30,224 bases of DNA from Verrucomicrobiales bacterium (GTDB lineage: Bacteria > Verrucomicrobiota > Verrucomicrobiia > Limisphaerales > UBA1096), in the NCBI GenBank assembly GCA_011523195.1, contig WTHH01000246.1, positions 1 through 30,224 on the forward strand. Reading direction: 5' to 3'. The notes beneath the pieces are model-generated. The model did not search any database. It saw only the letters and a list, made by a program, of their open reading frames with translations, and was not told the DNA's origin. The first letter of the stretch is position 1, and each line of letters starts with the position of its first letter. The position numbers and the translations under genes are program-made. Below are positions 8,858 to 17,813 of the stretch, in pieces.

Positions 8858-9769
8858 ATGTATTCGTTTTCCACCTGCTGGAATTCCCACCGCCACACCG
8901 ACGGTCGCGCGATGCTCGAGGAGATTCGCGACCTTGGGTTTGAGTATGCCGAGCTGAGCCATGGCATTCGGCTCAGTCTCGTGCCGGGAATCATCGACGC
9001 GCACAAGGCGGGCTTGATCAAGATTTCCACCCTGCACAACTTCTGCCCACTGCCGATCGGGTGCAAGCACGCCAACCCAAACGTGTTCAAGTTTTCCTCC
9101 ACCAACGTTCGCGAGCGGGAGAACGCCTACAAGCACACGATGAAAACCATCGAGATGGCGGATCAACTCGGGGCCAAGCTGATCGTGCTGCACATGGGTG
9201 AGATTGACATGCGGAATTACACCGACAAGTTGATCGACCTGCTCGAGGCGGGAAAACAGGACACGCCCAAGTACCAGAAGCTCTGCCAAAAGGCGGAGCT
9301 GAAGCGGGAAAAGGCCAAGGTCAAATACTGCGACCTCGCGTACGAGATGCTTGAACGGATCACCGAGCAGGCCTCCATGCGCGGCATCAAGCTGGGAATC
9401 GAGATTCGCGAGGACCTCGAGGAAATCCCGATCGACTCGGACTGGGATTTTTTCTTCCAACGATTCGATGACCCGACGGTCTGCTACTGGCACGACATCG
9501 GCCACGCGCAGATCAAGGAGAACCTTGGCTTCATCCACCACCGGCTGCATCTCGAGTCGATGGCTCCGCGACTGGGCGGTTTTCATCTGCACGATGTCGA
9601 GTTCCCGGCTCGTGACCACCGTCCGCCGGGGCGTGGTATGATCGACTACGAGGGCCTCAAGCACATCGTGAAACCGGAGCATATCAAGGTTTTCGAGCTG
9701 AGCCCCAGCCTCAAGCCGGACGCCGCGAGGGAGGGTGTGGCGCACCTGAAATCCATCTGGGGCGAGTAG
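8858..9769 (+). CDS. Sugar phosphate isomerase/epimerase family TIM-barrel protein (AP endonuclease 2 / xylose isomerase-like)
   Basis: GFEYAELSHG, LHNFCP, IVLHMG, LGIEIRE, YWHDIGHAQ, FHLHD, RDHRPPG.G.ID and VFELSP motifs. ATG 8858. Confidence 0.8.
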   Translation: MYSFSTCWNSHRHTDGRAMLEEIRDLGFEYAELSHGIRLSLVPGIIDAHKAGLIKISTLHNFCPLPIGCKHANPNVFKFSSTNVRERENAYKHTMKTIEMADQLGAKLIVLHMGEIDMRNYTDKLIDLLEAGKQDTPKYQKLCQKAELKREKAKVKYCDLAYEMLERITEQASMRGIKLGIEIREDLEEIPIDSDWDFFFQRFDDPTVCYWHDIGHAQIKENLGFIHHRLHLESMAPRLGGFHLHDVEFPARDHRPPGRGMIDYEGLKHIVKPEHIKVFELSPSLKPDAAREGVAHLKSIWGE

Positions 9770-10851
9770 TGGCCTCCAAGTCACAGGCCCTAAAATTCAC
9801 GCTGAAACTGGCGGTTTGCGTCATTTTGGTGGCGTGGATTCTGCACACCATCTTCGCCGGCGAGGCAGAGAACACCCTCCACCTCGAGGGCCGAAACTGG
9901 GCTGACCTCTCGTTGGCCGAGCAGGTCAGGGAAAGCTGGGCCATCGGCCCGTCCAGCCTGTGGCAGACCATCTCCGGCGTAAACCTCGGCTGGCTGCTGG
10001 CCTCGCTGGTTTTCATGGGGGCAACCATCCTGATCGGCGTGGTCCGATGGCGGATCGTCCTCGACGTGCAGGGTCTTCGCCTCTCGTTCGGCCGCGCGGC
10101 GGGCATCTCGCTGGTGGCCCATTTTTTCAATTCCTTCCTGCTCGGATCAACCGGCGGTGACCTGCTCAAGGCCTACTTTGCCGCCGGCGAAACATCCCAA
10201 CGCAAGGCCGAGGCGGTGACGACCGTGGTTGTGGACCGGCTGCTGGGCCTGTTTGCGATGCTGCTCTTTTGCTCGGTGATGGCTCTACTGAACTGGAACG
10301 TCATAATGAGTCAGCAACGCTTCATGGCAGTGATGCTGGTGGTGTTGGGGATGCTTTTCCTGAGTGGGCTGATCGTGGTGCTTTCATTCTGGGGCGGGCC
10401 GACCAAGCCGCGTCTCAAGTTCGAGTCGCTGTTGGCCAGACTCCCCAGGGGCGACGCGTTGGTGCGCTGCATCGAAGCCTGCCGGGCGTTTGGCGAGAAC
10501 CCCGGTTTTTTTCCACGCATACTCGGCTGGTCGATGCTGCTGAGCCTGGCCTGTGTGCTGCAAATTGTTGCGCTTGGCTGGGGGCTTGGTCTCGAGATGG
10601 GCCGGCATCTGCCGGTGCTGATGCTGATCGTCCCAGCGATCATCTGCATCAGCGCACTGCCAATCACGCCAAGCGGAATCGGCGTCCGCGAAAACCTATA
10701 CGTCTGGCTGCTCTCAGCCACGGCGATCGGCATCGAGAACAAACAGGCGCTGACACTCTCGATACTAGCGTTTGCGGGTAGCCTGTTGTGGAGCCTGGTC
10801 GGCGGGGTTGTGTACCTGTTTTTCCGCAGCCGAATCAGCCTCGATCGCTGA
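9769..10851 (+). CDS. Lysylphosphatidylglycerol synthase TM-region / flippase-like membrane protein (UPF0104)
   Basis: Many TM helices with RWRIVL, FFNSFLLGSTGGDLLKAY, VVVDRLLG and LPITPSGIGVRE motifs. Confidence 0.85.
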   Translation: MASKSQALKFTLKLAVCVILVAWILHTIFAGEAENTLHLEGRNWADLSLAEQVRESWAIGPSSLWQTISGVNLGWLLASLVFMGATILIGVVRWRIVLDVQGLRLSFGRAAGISLVAHFFNSFLLGSTGGDLLKAYFAAGETSQRKAEAVTTVVVDRLLGLFAMLLFCSVMALLNWNVIMSQQRFMAVMLVVLGMLFLSGLIVVLSFWGGPTKPRLKFESLLARLPRGDALVRCIEACRAFGENPGFFPRILGWSMLLSLACVLQIVALGWGLGLEMGRHLPVLMLIVPAIICISALPITPSGIGVRENLYVWLLSATAIGIENKQALTLSILAFAGSLLWSLVGGVVYLFFRSRISLDR

Positions 10852-10875
10852 CGCGCTTGGCCAAGCTCCGCCAAT

Positions 10876-10947
10876 TCATACTCCTACTCGTACATCGTAT
10901 CTCGTGATCGGCTTACGTTTTCGATGAAGAGGAACGAGGAAGAAGGA
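10876..10947. repeat. Imperfect inverted repeat with periodic low-complexity arms between convergent genes
   Basis: Left arm is made of CTCGTA/ATCGTA-like units (ctcctactcgtacatcgtatctcgtgatcg). Right arm is cgatgaagaggaacgaggaagaagga. The inner 16 bp pair at about 12/16 plus one G-U. Confidence 0.45.
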
Positions 10948-10965
10948 CCAGGACGTGGGCTTGGA

Positions 10966-13900
10966 TCACAGCGCCCTCAACAGCCTTTTCAATTCCCCCA
11001 GTCGGCCGTCCGGGGTGCGCTTGGCCAAGCGCGGGTATTTGCCGCCAAGCGTTATCAGGCTGCCGTTGCGGGTGAACATGATCTTGTCGTCCCGGGTCTC
11101 GATGGATGTCACGTTTTTCGGCGCAGCCAACAGCTTCAACTCCGCCACCCGCAGCAAACGCTCAACCGGCTTGGGCATCGGGCCAAACCTGTCGCGAATC
11201 TCTGCCTTTAACTGGGTCAAATCATCCTCGTTGGAGAGCTGGGCCAGTTTTCGGTAGAGGATGATGCGTTGGCGGGTGTCTGGAATGTAGTCGAACGGCA
11301 GATACGCCGGGACACGCCCGACATCCCTTGGCTCGGGCTGCGGGTTGTACGCCGGGGGTTTATCTTCGTTCCCATCAACCGACGCAGCGACGGAACGGGG
11401 TACACGAACCTCGAACTCCGGCTGCTCCGGCTTGGTCTTTTCCCGCTCAGCGGCGCGTTCCTCGCCGGGGTTCAACGCAAGAAAATCGATCGACACGGTA
11501 ACCTCCACCCGGCGCTCGACCTTTTCGCCCTTTAGCCGCTTCACGCTTTGCTTGAGCAGTTGGCAGTACAGCTCGAACCCGACGGCAGTGATGTGGCCAC
11601 TTTGTTGCGAGCCAAGGATATTGCCGGCACCCCGAATCTCGAGATCGCGCATGGCAATCTTGAAGCCGCTCCCGAGCTTGGAATATTGCTTGAGTGCGCT
11701 GATGCGTTTGCGGGCGTCAGAGAGTAGCGCGGCGTGCCTCGGCAAAATCAGGTAGGCGTACGCCTGATGTTTGTACCTGCCAACCCGCCCACGAAGTTGG
11801 TACAGCTCGCTCAGGCCGAAGCGGTCAGCACGGTCGATGATCATCGTGTTGGCGTTCGGGATGTCGACGCCGCTCTCGATTATGGTGGTCGAGAGCAGGA
11901 TGTCAGCCTCACCGTTGATAAACCGGGTCATCACCTTCTCGAGTAAGCCGCTAGGCATCTGCCCGTGGCCAACGATCAGCCGCGCCTTGGGCACGAGTTT
12001 GCGGATACGCTCGGCCATCGTCTCGATGGTGGTCACCCGGTTGTGCAAAAAGAAAATCTGCCCGCCGCGATTCAGCTCCCGCTGGATGGCGTTACGGATG
12101 ATCTTTTCATCGAACTCGATCACAGTTGTCTCGATTGGCAGCCGATCTTGCGGCGGCGTCTCGATGGTGCTCATGTCCCGCGCGCCGGTGAGGGCCATGT
12201 GCAGCGTGCGCGGGATAGGCGTGGCGGTGAGCGTCAACACATCCACCGTCTGCCGTAGTATCTTGAGCTTCTCCTTGTGCAGCACGCCGAAGCGTTGTTC
12301 CTCGTCGATGATCACCAGTCCGAGTTCCTTGAACCGAACGTTCTTTTGGATGAGCTTGTGCGTGCCGACGACGATATCGACCGAGCCGGTGGCTAGCCCA
12401 TCGATGGTGGCGTCCGCCTGTTTTTTGGATCGGAACCGCGAGAGCAGTTCCACCGAGATCGGGAACTCGGCCATGCGCTCGCGGAAGATGTTGTAGTGTT
12501 GTTGCGCCAAAACGGTGGTTGGCACGAGCACGGCCACCTGCCGCCCGCCCATCACCGCCTTGAACGCCGCCCGGATGGCCACCTCGGTTTTGCCAAAACC
12601 AACATCGCCGCAAATGAGCCGGTCCATCGGGCGCGGCCGTTCCATGTCTTGCTTGGCAGACTGGATGGCTGACCACTGGTCGCGGGTTTCCTCGTACGGG
12701 AACGACCCCTCGAACTCCCGCTGCCACGGCGTGTCCCCGCCGTAGGCGTGCCCCGGCTGAGCCTCGCGCGATGCCTGAATTTTCAGCAGATCTGCCGCGA
12801 GATCGGCGACGGCCTTCTCGGCATCGGCCTTGGCCTTACTCCAGCGTTTGCCGCCGAGGATGCTCAGCGGCGGCTTGGCCTTGCCGGTGCCGACGTATTT
12901 GCTAACGAGGTGCGCCTCCGACACCGGCACGAACAGCCTGGGCGGTTCCTGTTCCGGATCGCGTGTGCCGAACTCGATCACGAGGCATTCCTGTCCGCCC
13001 TCGGTTTTCTCGCGGCCGGAGCGCGTCGTGCGCGTCTCCACCGGCAAGACCTTCAGCCCAAGATAACGCCCGATGCCGTGCTGCAGATGCACGACGTAAT
13101 CGCCCACACTCAGGTTGGTAAAATCGATTTCAAGCGCCGAGCGGGTGGCGGAGGCGTGGGGCGACTTGAGCCGGCGCAGCCGCTGCGATCGGGTCCGGCC
13201 AAAGATTTCCGAATCGGTGACGACGACCAACTTGGTCGGCTCGATGAGGAACCCCCGTGAAACCTGACCAAGCGTTCGTACCGGCTGCGGTTCGTCGTCG
13301 CGCTTGGCCAAGCCGTACTCGGCCCACAATTCGTCGAACCGCTGCAGCTCGCCCTCCGTGCCGCACACCACCCAAACCGTGTGCCCGCTCCGAAGCCAGC
13401 GGTGAAGCTGACGAAAAAACTCGCGACGCTGTGCCTCGGCGATTTGTGGATCATCAGCCGCCTGGCCAAACGGCCGGTACGTGTCGAGGCTCTGTACCGG
13501 CAGCAAGCTGTTTTCGCCTGCCTCGCGCAGCTCGACCGCCGTGCCGTGGGCGCGCGCCTGGCCAAGCGCGAACTCCCACGTGTCATGAAACGGATCGCCC
13601 TCTGGCACTTGCGCGAGATAGTCGGCTGCTCGCTCAGCGATCTCCTCCGGCTCAAAGAAGACGTAAACCGGTTCGCCGGCCAAGTGTCCGGCCAGTCGGT
13701 CGGTCGGGTATTTTTCGTCGTCAGCAAGTTGCTGTTTGAGGATGCCCAGCTCGCCGCCGGGCGAGAGGGTGACCTGTTCGATTTTGTCGCGCGTGAGTTG
13801 CGTGTGCGGATCGAACGTCCGCAGCGACTCAATCTCGTCCCCGAAAAACTCGAAGCGCACCGGCCAGGGGCTGGCCAGCGGAAACACATCGAGGATGCCG

Positions 13901-14517
13901 CCGCGCAGGGCGATCTCGCCCTTTTGACTGACCTGCGCCTCCGGTTCGTAGCCTTGATCCTCAAGCCACTCGAGGAGATCGAGCGGATCAATCCGGTCGC
14001 CAAGCACGAATCGGCGAAACCGCTTTTTCAACTGGGCCGGGGTGAAGGTGCGCTGCAGGAAACCGATGCAGTTGGTGACGATCACCGGGCCGGGGCCTGC
14101 GGATTTCGGGCGCTTGGCCAAGTGGATGAGCGTCTCCAGCCGCTCGCTCAGGACGTCGGCGTGTGGCAGGCGGGATTCGTGCGGCAAAACGTCCCAGGCC
14201 GGGAAAAACTGCGGTACGGCGGCTTTGGCGCTGCACTTGGCCAAGCGGGGCATCCAGGTCTCGAGTTCCTGATGCACCTGTTCCTGCGTCTGCACGGTTG
14301 GGCAAACCACCACTACCGGCCGCCGGGGGTGTATTTGGGCCAAAACCGCGGTAATAAAGGCTTCGCCACCTTGGCAGACCCCGTCGAAAGACAATAATTC
14401 ACCCTTCTCCGCATTTTTGATCAGGGGCTGAAAAACGGGAGATTCGCAGAATTCGGCCAGATTGGCCTCCGTGTCTGGGGTGGCCAGACTCAAAATGACT
14501 GCGTCAAGATGAGCCAA
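10966..14517 (-). CDS. mfd: Transcription-repair coupling factor
   Basis: UvrB-homology N-terminus, CarD-like RID (GDYVVHLQHGIGRY), helicase motifs CGDVGFGKTEVA, IIDEEQRFGV, TATPIPRT, QLRGRVGR, TRG motif DLEIRGAGNILG, and C-terminal TRCF domain. TTG start. Confidence 0.97.
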   Translation of the reverse strand: MAHLDAVILSLATPDTEANLAEFCESPVFQPLIKNAEKGELLSFDGVCQGGEAFITAVLAQIHPRRPVVVVCPTVQTQEQVHQELETWMPRLAKCSAKAAVPQFFPAWDVLPHESRLPHADVLSERLETLIHLAKRPKSAGPGPVIVTNCIGFLQRTFTPAQLKKRFRRFVLGDRIDPLDLLEWLEDQGYEPEAQVSQKGEIALRGGILDVFPLASPWPVRFEFFGDEIESLRTFDPHTQLTRDKIEQVTLSPGGELGILKQQLADDEKYPTDRLAGHLAGEPVYVFFEPEEIAERAADYLAQVPEGDPFHDTWEFALGQARAHGTAVELREAGENSLLPVQSLDTYRPFGQAADDPQIAEAQRREFFRQLHRWLRSGHTVWVVCGTEGELQRFDELWAEYGLAKRDDEPQPVRTLGQVSRGFLIEPTKLVVVTDSEIFGRTRSQRLRRLKSPHASATRSALEIDFTNLSVGDYVVHLQHGIGRYLGLKVLPVETRTTRSGREKTEGGQECLVIEFGTRDPEQEPPRLFVPVSEAHLVSKYVGTGKAKPPLSILGGKRWSKAKADAEKAVADLAADLLKIQASREAQPGHAYGGDTPWQREFEGSFPYEETRDQWSAIQSAKQDMERPRPMDRLICGDVGFGKTEVAIRAAFKAVMGGRQVAVLVPTTVLAQQHYNIFRERMAEFPISVELLSRFRSKKQADATIDGLATGSVDIVVGTHKLIQKNVRFKELGLVIIDEEQRFGVLHKEKLKILRQTVDVLTLTATPIPRTLHMALTGARDMSTIETPPQDRLPIETTVIEFDEKIIRNAIQRELNRGGQIFFLHNRVTTIETMAERIRKLVPKARLIVGHGQMPSGLLEKVMTRFINGEADILLSTTIIESGVDIPNANTMIIDRADRFGLSELYQLRGRVGRYKHQAYAYLILPRHAALLSDARKRISALKQYSKLGSGFKIAMRDLEIRGAGNILGSQQSGHITAVGFELYCQLLKQSVKRLKGEKVERRVEVTVSIDFLALNPGEERAAEREKTKPEQPEFEVRVPRSVAASVDGNEDKPPAYNPQPEPRDVGRVPAYLPFDYIPDTRQRIILYRKLAQLSNEDDLTQLKAEIRDRFGPMPKPVERLLRVAELKLLAAPKNVTSIETRDDKIMFTRNGSLITLGGKYPRLAKRTPDGRLGELKRLLRAL
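11017..11032. repeat. Perfect 16-bp copy of the iterated palindrome inside mfd
   Basis: GCGCTTGGCCAAGCGC, encoding R-L-A-K-R in the mfd C-terminus (YPRLAKRTP). Confidence 0.95.
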
Positions 14518-14604
14518 GCGCTGTCAGACGTCAAAAAAAAGTGCCCATATCATCTGAAAATGAGCGAAAAAAACTTCATCTGGGGCTTAACAGAACGCGC
14601 AGCC

Positions 14605-14666
14605 CGGTTGAGCATCCCGCAAAAATACGCATGAGGACTCTGCAGCCGCGGACCCGTGCATTTTTT
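14605..14666 (+). promoter_or_regulatory. Candidate structured leader (small hairpin plus terminator-like hairpin) upstream of the TonB receptor gene
   Basis: CGGTTG-AGCA-TCCCG (14605-14619), then an A-run, then hairpin GCATG-AGG-AC-TCTGC-AGCC-GCGGA-CC-CGTGC (14629-14659), then T6. It lies between divergent genes, so it is not a gene-end terminator. Confidence 0.35.
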
Positions 14667-14720
14667 ATCTGAGCAATTAAAAAACAACAAACCAAACCCC
14701 CAGGGATTAGTTTAACCATT

Positions 14721-17465
14721 ATGAAACGTGCATATAGAGCAAAAACAAAGAAGATGAGAACCGCGGTTAAAACCACCGCTCTCATGAGTTTGGGTATACC
14801 GTTCGGTTCAATGCCTGCAATCGCCCAGGATTACGAAGGCGAATTAGCGCCCATCGTCATAACCGGCTCCAACATTCCCACTGTTGAGCTAGAAGTTCCC
14901 TCCCCGGTCGTGACAATTGACCGTGAGGAAATAGATCGTTCAGGCGCTGAGACTGTTGGTGAATTATTGAGACGTTTGCCACAAAACAACTCAGGGTCTT
15001 TTGACGAAAAATTCCAAAGCTCATTCGCTCCAGGAACATCTGGTGTTTCTCTCCGCGGTCTAGGTATGGGATATACTCTTATATTGGTGGATGGTCGACG
15101 GATTGCCGACGCATCAATGGCTCAAAACACCACAACTCAATTTGGCAACTTAAATGGCATCCCAATGGCCGTCATTAACAGAGTTGAAGTTTTGCTGGAT
15201 GGAGCCTCAGCTATATACGGATCAGATGCAGTTGCTGGTGTGATTAACATGATAACCAAAGACAATTTTGACGGCGTGCAAATTGACGCCGGCTACAGCA
15301 ATTCAACACACACGGATGTTGCGACCCAAAGCTACTCTATCACAGGAGGCACTTCATCTGAACAAGGCTCCGCTTGGGTGAACATCGATTATTTCAAAAG
15401 AAATTCTGCCCAAATGGACGATCGTCCTTTCTCTGCCAGCGCGAACCAAGGCCCTAACGGCGGATATGATTTTAGATCATCTGCAGGAAATCCAGGTTCC
15501 ATCAAAATATTGCCAGGCTCTGAGAATGGCTTTGAATCTGGTTTTTACAAAGTTCCCACTAATAGTTCTGGGGCCACAACGGCTGAAGAGATTATAGCGA
15601 ACCCAGGTATCAATAGATATGACTATAATCCTTGGACGACTCTATCTCCAGAAATAGAACGCTATGGAGCTGCGGGTAACATAAAATATTACTTAACGGA
15701 TTATGCCACAGCGTTTGTTAACACTTATTATAGAAAATCTAATATATTCCAGAAAATGGCTCCCACTCCGGCATTTGGGGACATCAATACTGGTACTTAC
15801 GGAATTCTTCCTGCGGAGAATTCACATAATCCTTTTGGTGAGGATATAACATTCCGGCACCGTTTGATTGAAGTTGGCCCTAGGCTATCAGATATATCAT
15901 TTGATAATTTTAGAGTTACCCCGGGGGTATCATTTGATATTGGTGAAAATTGGAAAGCTGAAACAGCTTTCATGTTTAATAGCGACGCGTCACTTAGTGT
16001 TGGAAGCAACTATGTTTCTGCAGATGCTTTCAAAACGGCTCTATCTTCTAGCGATCCAAGCACAGCCTACAACATCTTTGGAGCTGGGTTAGGCGTTAAT
16101 AGCCCTGAAATTCTAGATGCTCTGAGGGTCAATACAGTCAGAAATAGTATGTCAGAACGGCAAATGTGGGATGTTAAAGCTTGGGGTACGATAGCAGAAT
16201 TGCCCGGAGGATCACTTTGAATGGCAATTGGAGTTGAAAGTGTTCAGGCAAGTTCTTCGGACATAGGTGATAGCCTGTCGATGGCGAACAAAATAATAGG
16301 CTCGGGCGGCAGTTCTAATTCTGGAGACAGATCAAGGACAGCAGAATTTGTTGAGTTAGCTATTCCAGTAATAGGTGAAGATAACAGAATAACTGGTATA
16401 CATACTCTTGGCCTACAAGCGGCATGGCGTTTTGAGCAATACAGTGATTTTAGTAATACTGATAATCCAAAATTCGGCATAAAATATGCACCCACTGAGC
16501 GGTTGCTATTTAGAAGCACTAATCAAAAAGCATTCAAAACGCCATCCCTTTATCACTTATACATGGGTAATACCATTTCTTACCCAACACTTCGTGATCC
16601 AGCTAGAGGAGATGAGGGTATGCAGTATAAAACTCGTTCAGGCGGTAATCCGGGTTTAACGCCAGAGGAGTCTGATAATATATCTGCTGGAGTTTCATAT
16701 GATGTGCCAATGCCAGAAAACATAACATTATCATTGGGTGTTGGTTATTTTAAATATGATCTTGAGGATCAAATTGCAAGTATCGGTGCGCAGTATATGC
16801 TGAATAACGAGGATCGTTTTAAGTATAAGATTAACAGAAATCCTCAAACTGACGCTGATAAGGCGGCCACTAATCCTGGACCTGATGGTCGGTTTGGAAC
16901 TGAAGATAATCCAGAGTGGGGTGAAGACGATACTGTAGGCGGAGGAATTCCTGGCAGCATTAATTATATTGATAATTTTTACGCAAACATTGCTGAGGTT
17001 CAAGTAGAGGGCTAGGATTTCAATATAAATTACGCCATTAGCACTACTTCCTATGGAACTTTTGCTTCCGATATCTATGTCGCCTTCATTGATTCATATG
17101 ACCAGCAGTCAAGACCTACGGATCCTAGTGCAGAATTGGCCGTAACATGGAGCTATCCTAAATGAAGAGGCAACTGGAGCCTATTCTGGAATTACGACAA
17201 CTATTTTGCGGGAGTAACTGCAAACTATGTAGACAGTTTTGATCAGTTTTATGGGGCTAAACCAACAGTTGATTCTCATACAACTTTGGATCTTCAAATT
17301 GGATCAAATATCACTGATAGCACGAGACTCACCTTAGGAGCCCTTAACTTCACTGATGAAGATCCGACTTGGTCGGACAACGGTTCAGAGGGTTATGCAT
17401 TCAGTGTTGCAGGCTATAATCCTATGGGCACAGTACTATATGGTCGTCTTTCTGTGAAATTTTAA
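14721..17465 (+). pseudogene. TonB-dependent outer-membrane receptor interrupted by three in-frame stop codons
   Basis: Signal peptide, TonB box/plug (IVITGSNI, SLRGLG..YTLILVDGRR, IPMAVINRVEVLLDGASAIYGSDAVAGVINMIT) and beta-barrel strands. One frame runs for 914 codons to ...LYGRLSVKF-TAA (17463-17465, terminal Phe), with internal TGA 16218-16220, TAG 17013-17015 and TGA 17163-17165. GC is about 40% on sampled lines. Confidence 0.88.
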
Positions 17466-17483
17466 TTATTAAACTACTATACG

Positions 17484-17516
17484 CGTGGTCCTCTACAAAG
17501 TAAGACCACGGGTTTT
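17484..17516 (+). terminator. Probable intrinsic terminator after the TonB receptor gene
   Basis: CGTGGTC (17484-17490) pairs with GACCACG (17504-17510) and is followed by GGTTTT. Confidence 0.5.
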
Positions 17517-17720
17517 CTATAGTTACTTTTATTAATATTAATTTTTCTACGGAAACGTTTTCATAATCACCGGCACTCGACAAAAAACTAAACTTCTTAC
17601 GAGCTCATCAATGTAAACAAATAATGCTTAAAATTTCAGAATGGGAAAACGTGTTAGATTTTTGCTGCAGTTAAGCCTTCCTCACTAAACACATGAACAA
17701 GTCAAACGCTTGACCAAGCG

Positions 17721-17749
17721 TTGACACCAGTCATTCGTTTCCATAGCGT
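17721..17749 (+). promoter_or_regulatory. Sigma70-type promoter for the purA operon
   Basis: TTGACA (17721-17726), 17-bp spacer, TAGCGT (17744-17749). Confidence 0.55.
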
Positions 17750-17763
17750 CTCTGCGCTAATAA

Positions 17764-17794
17764 GGGGAAACCCCGGACTTGGTTCGGGGTTTTT
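17764..17794 (+). terminator. Terminator-like hairpin within the purA leader (possible attenuator)
   Basis: AAACCCCGGA-CTTGG-TTCGGGGTTT followed by more T. The upstream GGGG (17764-17767) can alternatively pair with the same CCCC. Confidence 0.5.
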
Positions 17795-17813
17795 CGTTAA
17801 CAGACACCAGCAA

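Noticed and set aside
14721-17465. Alternative genetic code (TGA=Trp or Gly) island
   Set aside because: The two TGAs need different residues by context and a TAG also interrupts the frame. Neighbouring genes use TGA as a normal stop.
17520-17700. Possible small gene or integration site (att) in the AT-rich spacer after the TonB gene
   Set aside because: I found no credible ORF, tRNA end, or direct repeat matching the left side of the low-GC segment.
17721-17813. N-terminal extensions from the ORF track (purA from 17721; also 8502, 8807, 7057, 3867, 19048, 21954, 2537)
   Set aside because: The extensions cross promoters, terminators or other genes. Family motifs begin at the downstream starts used here.
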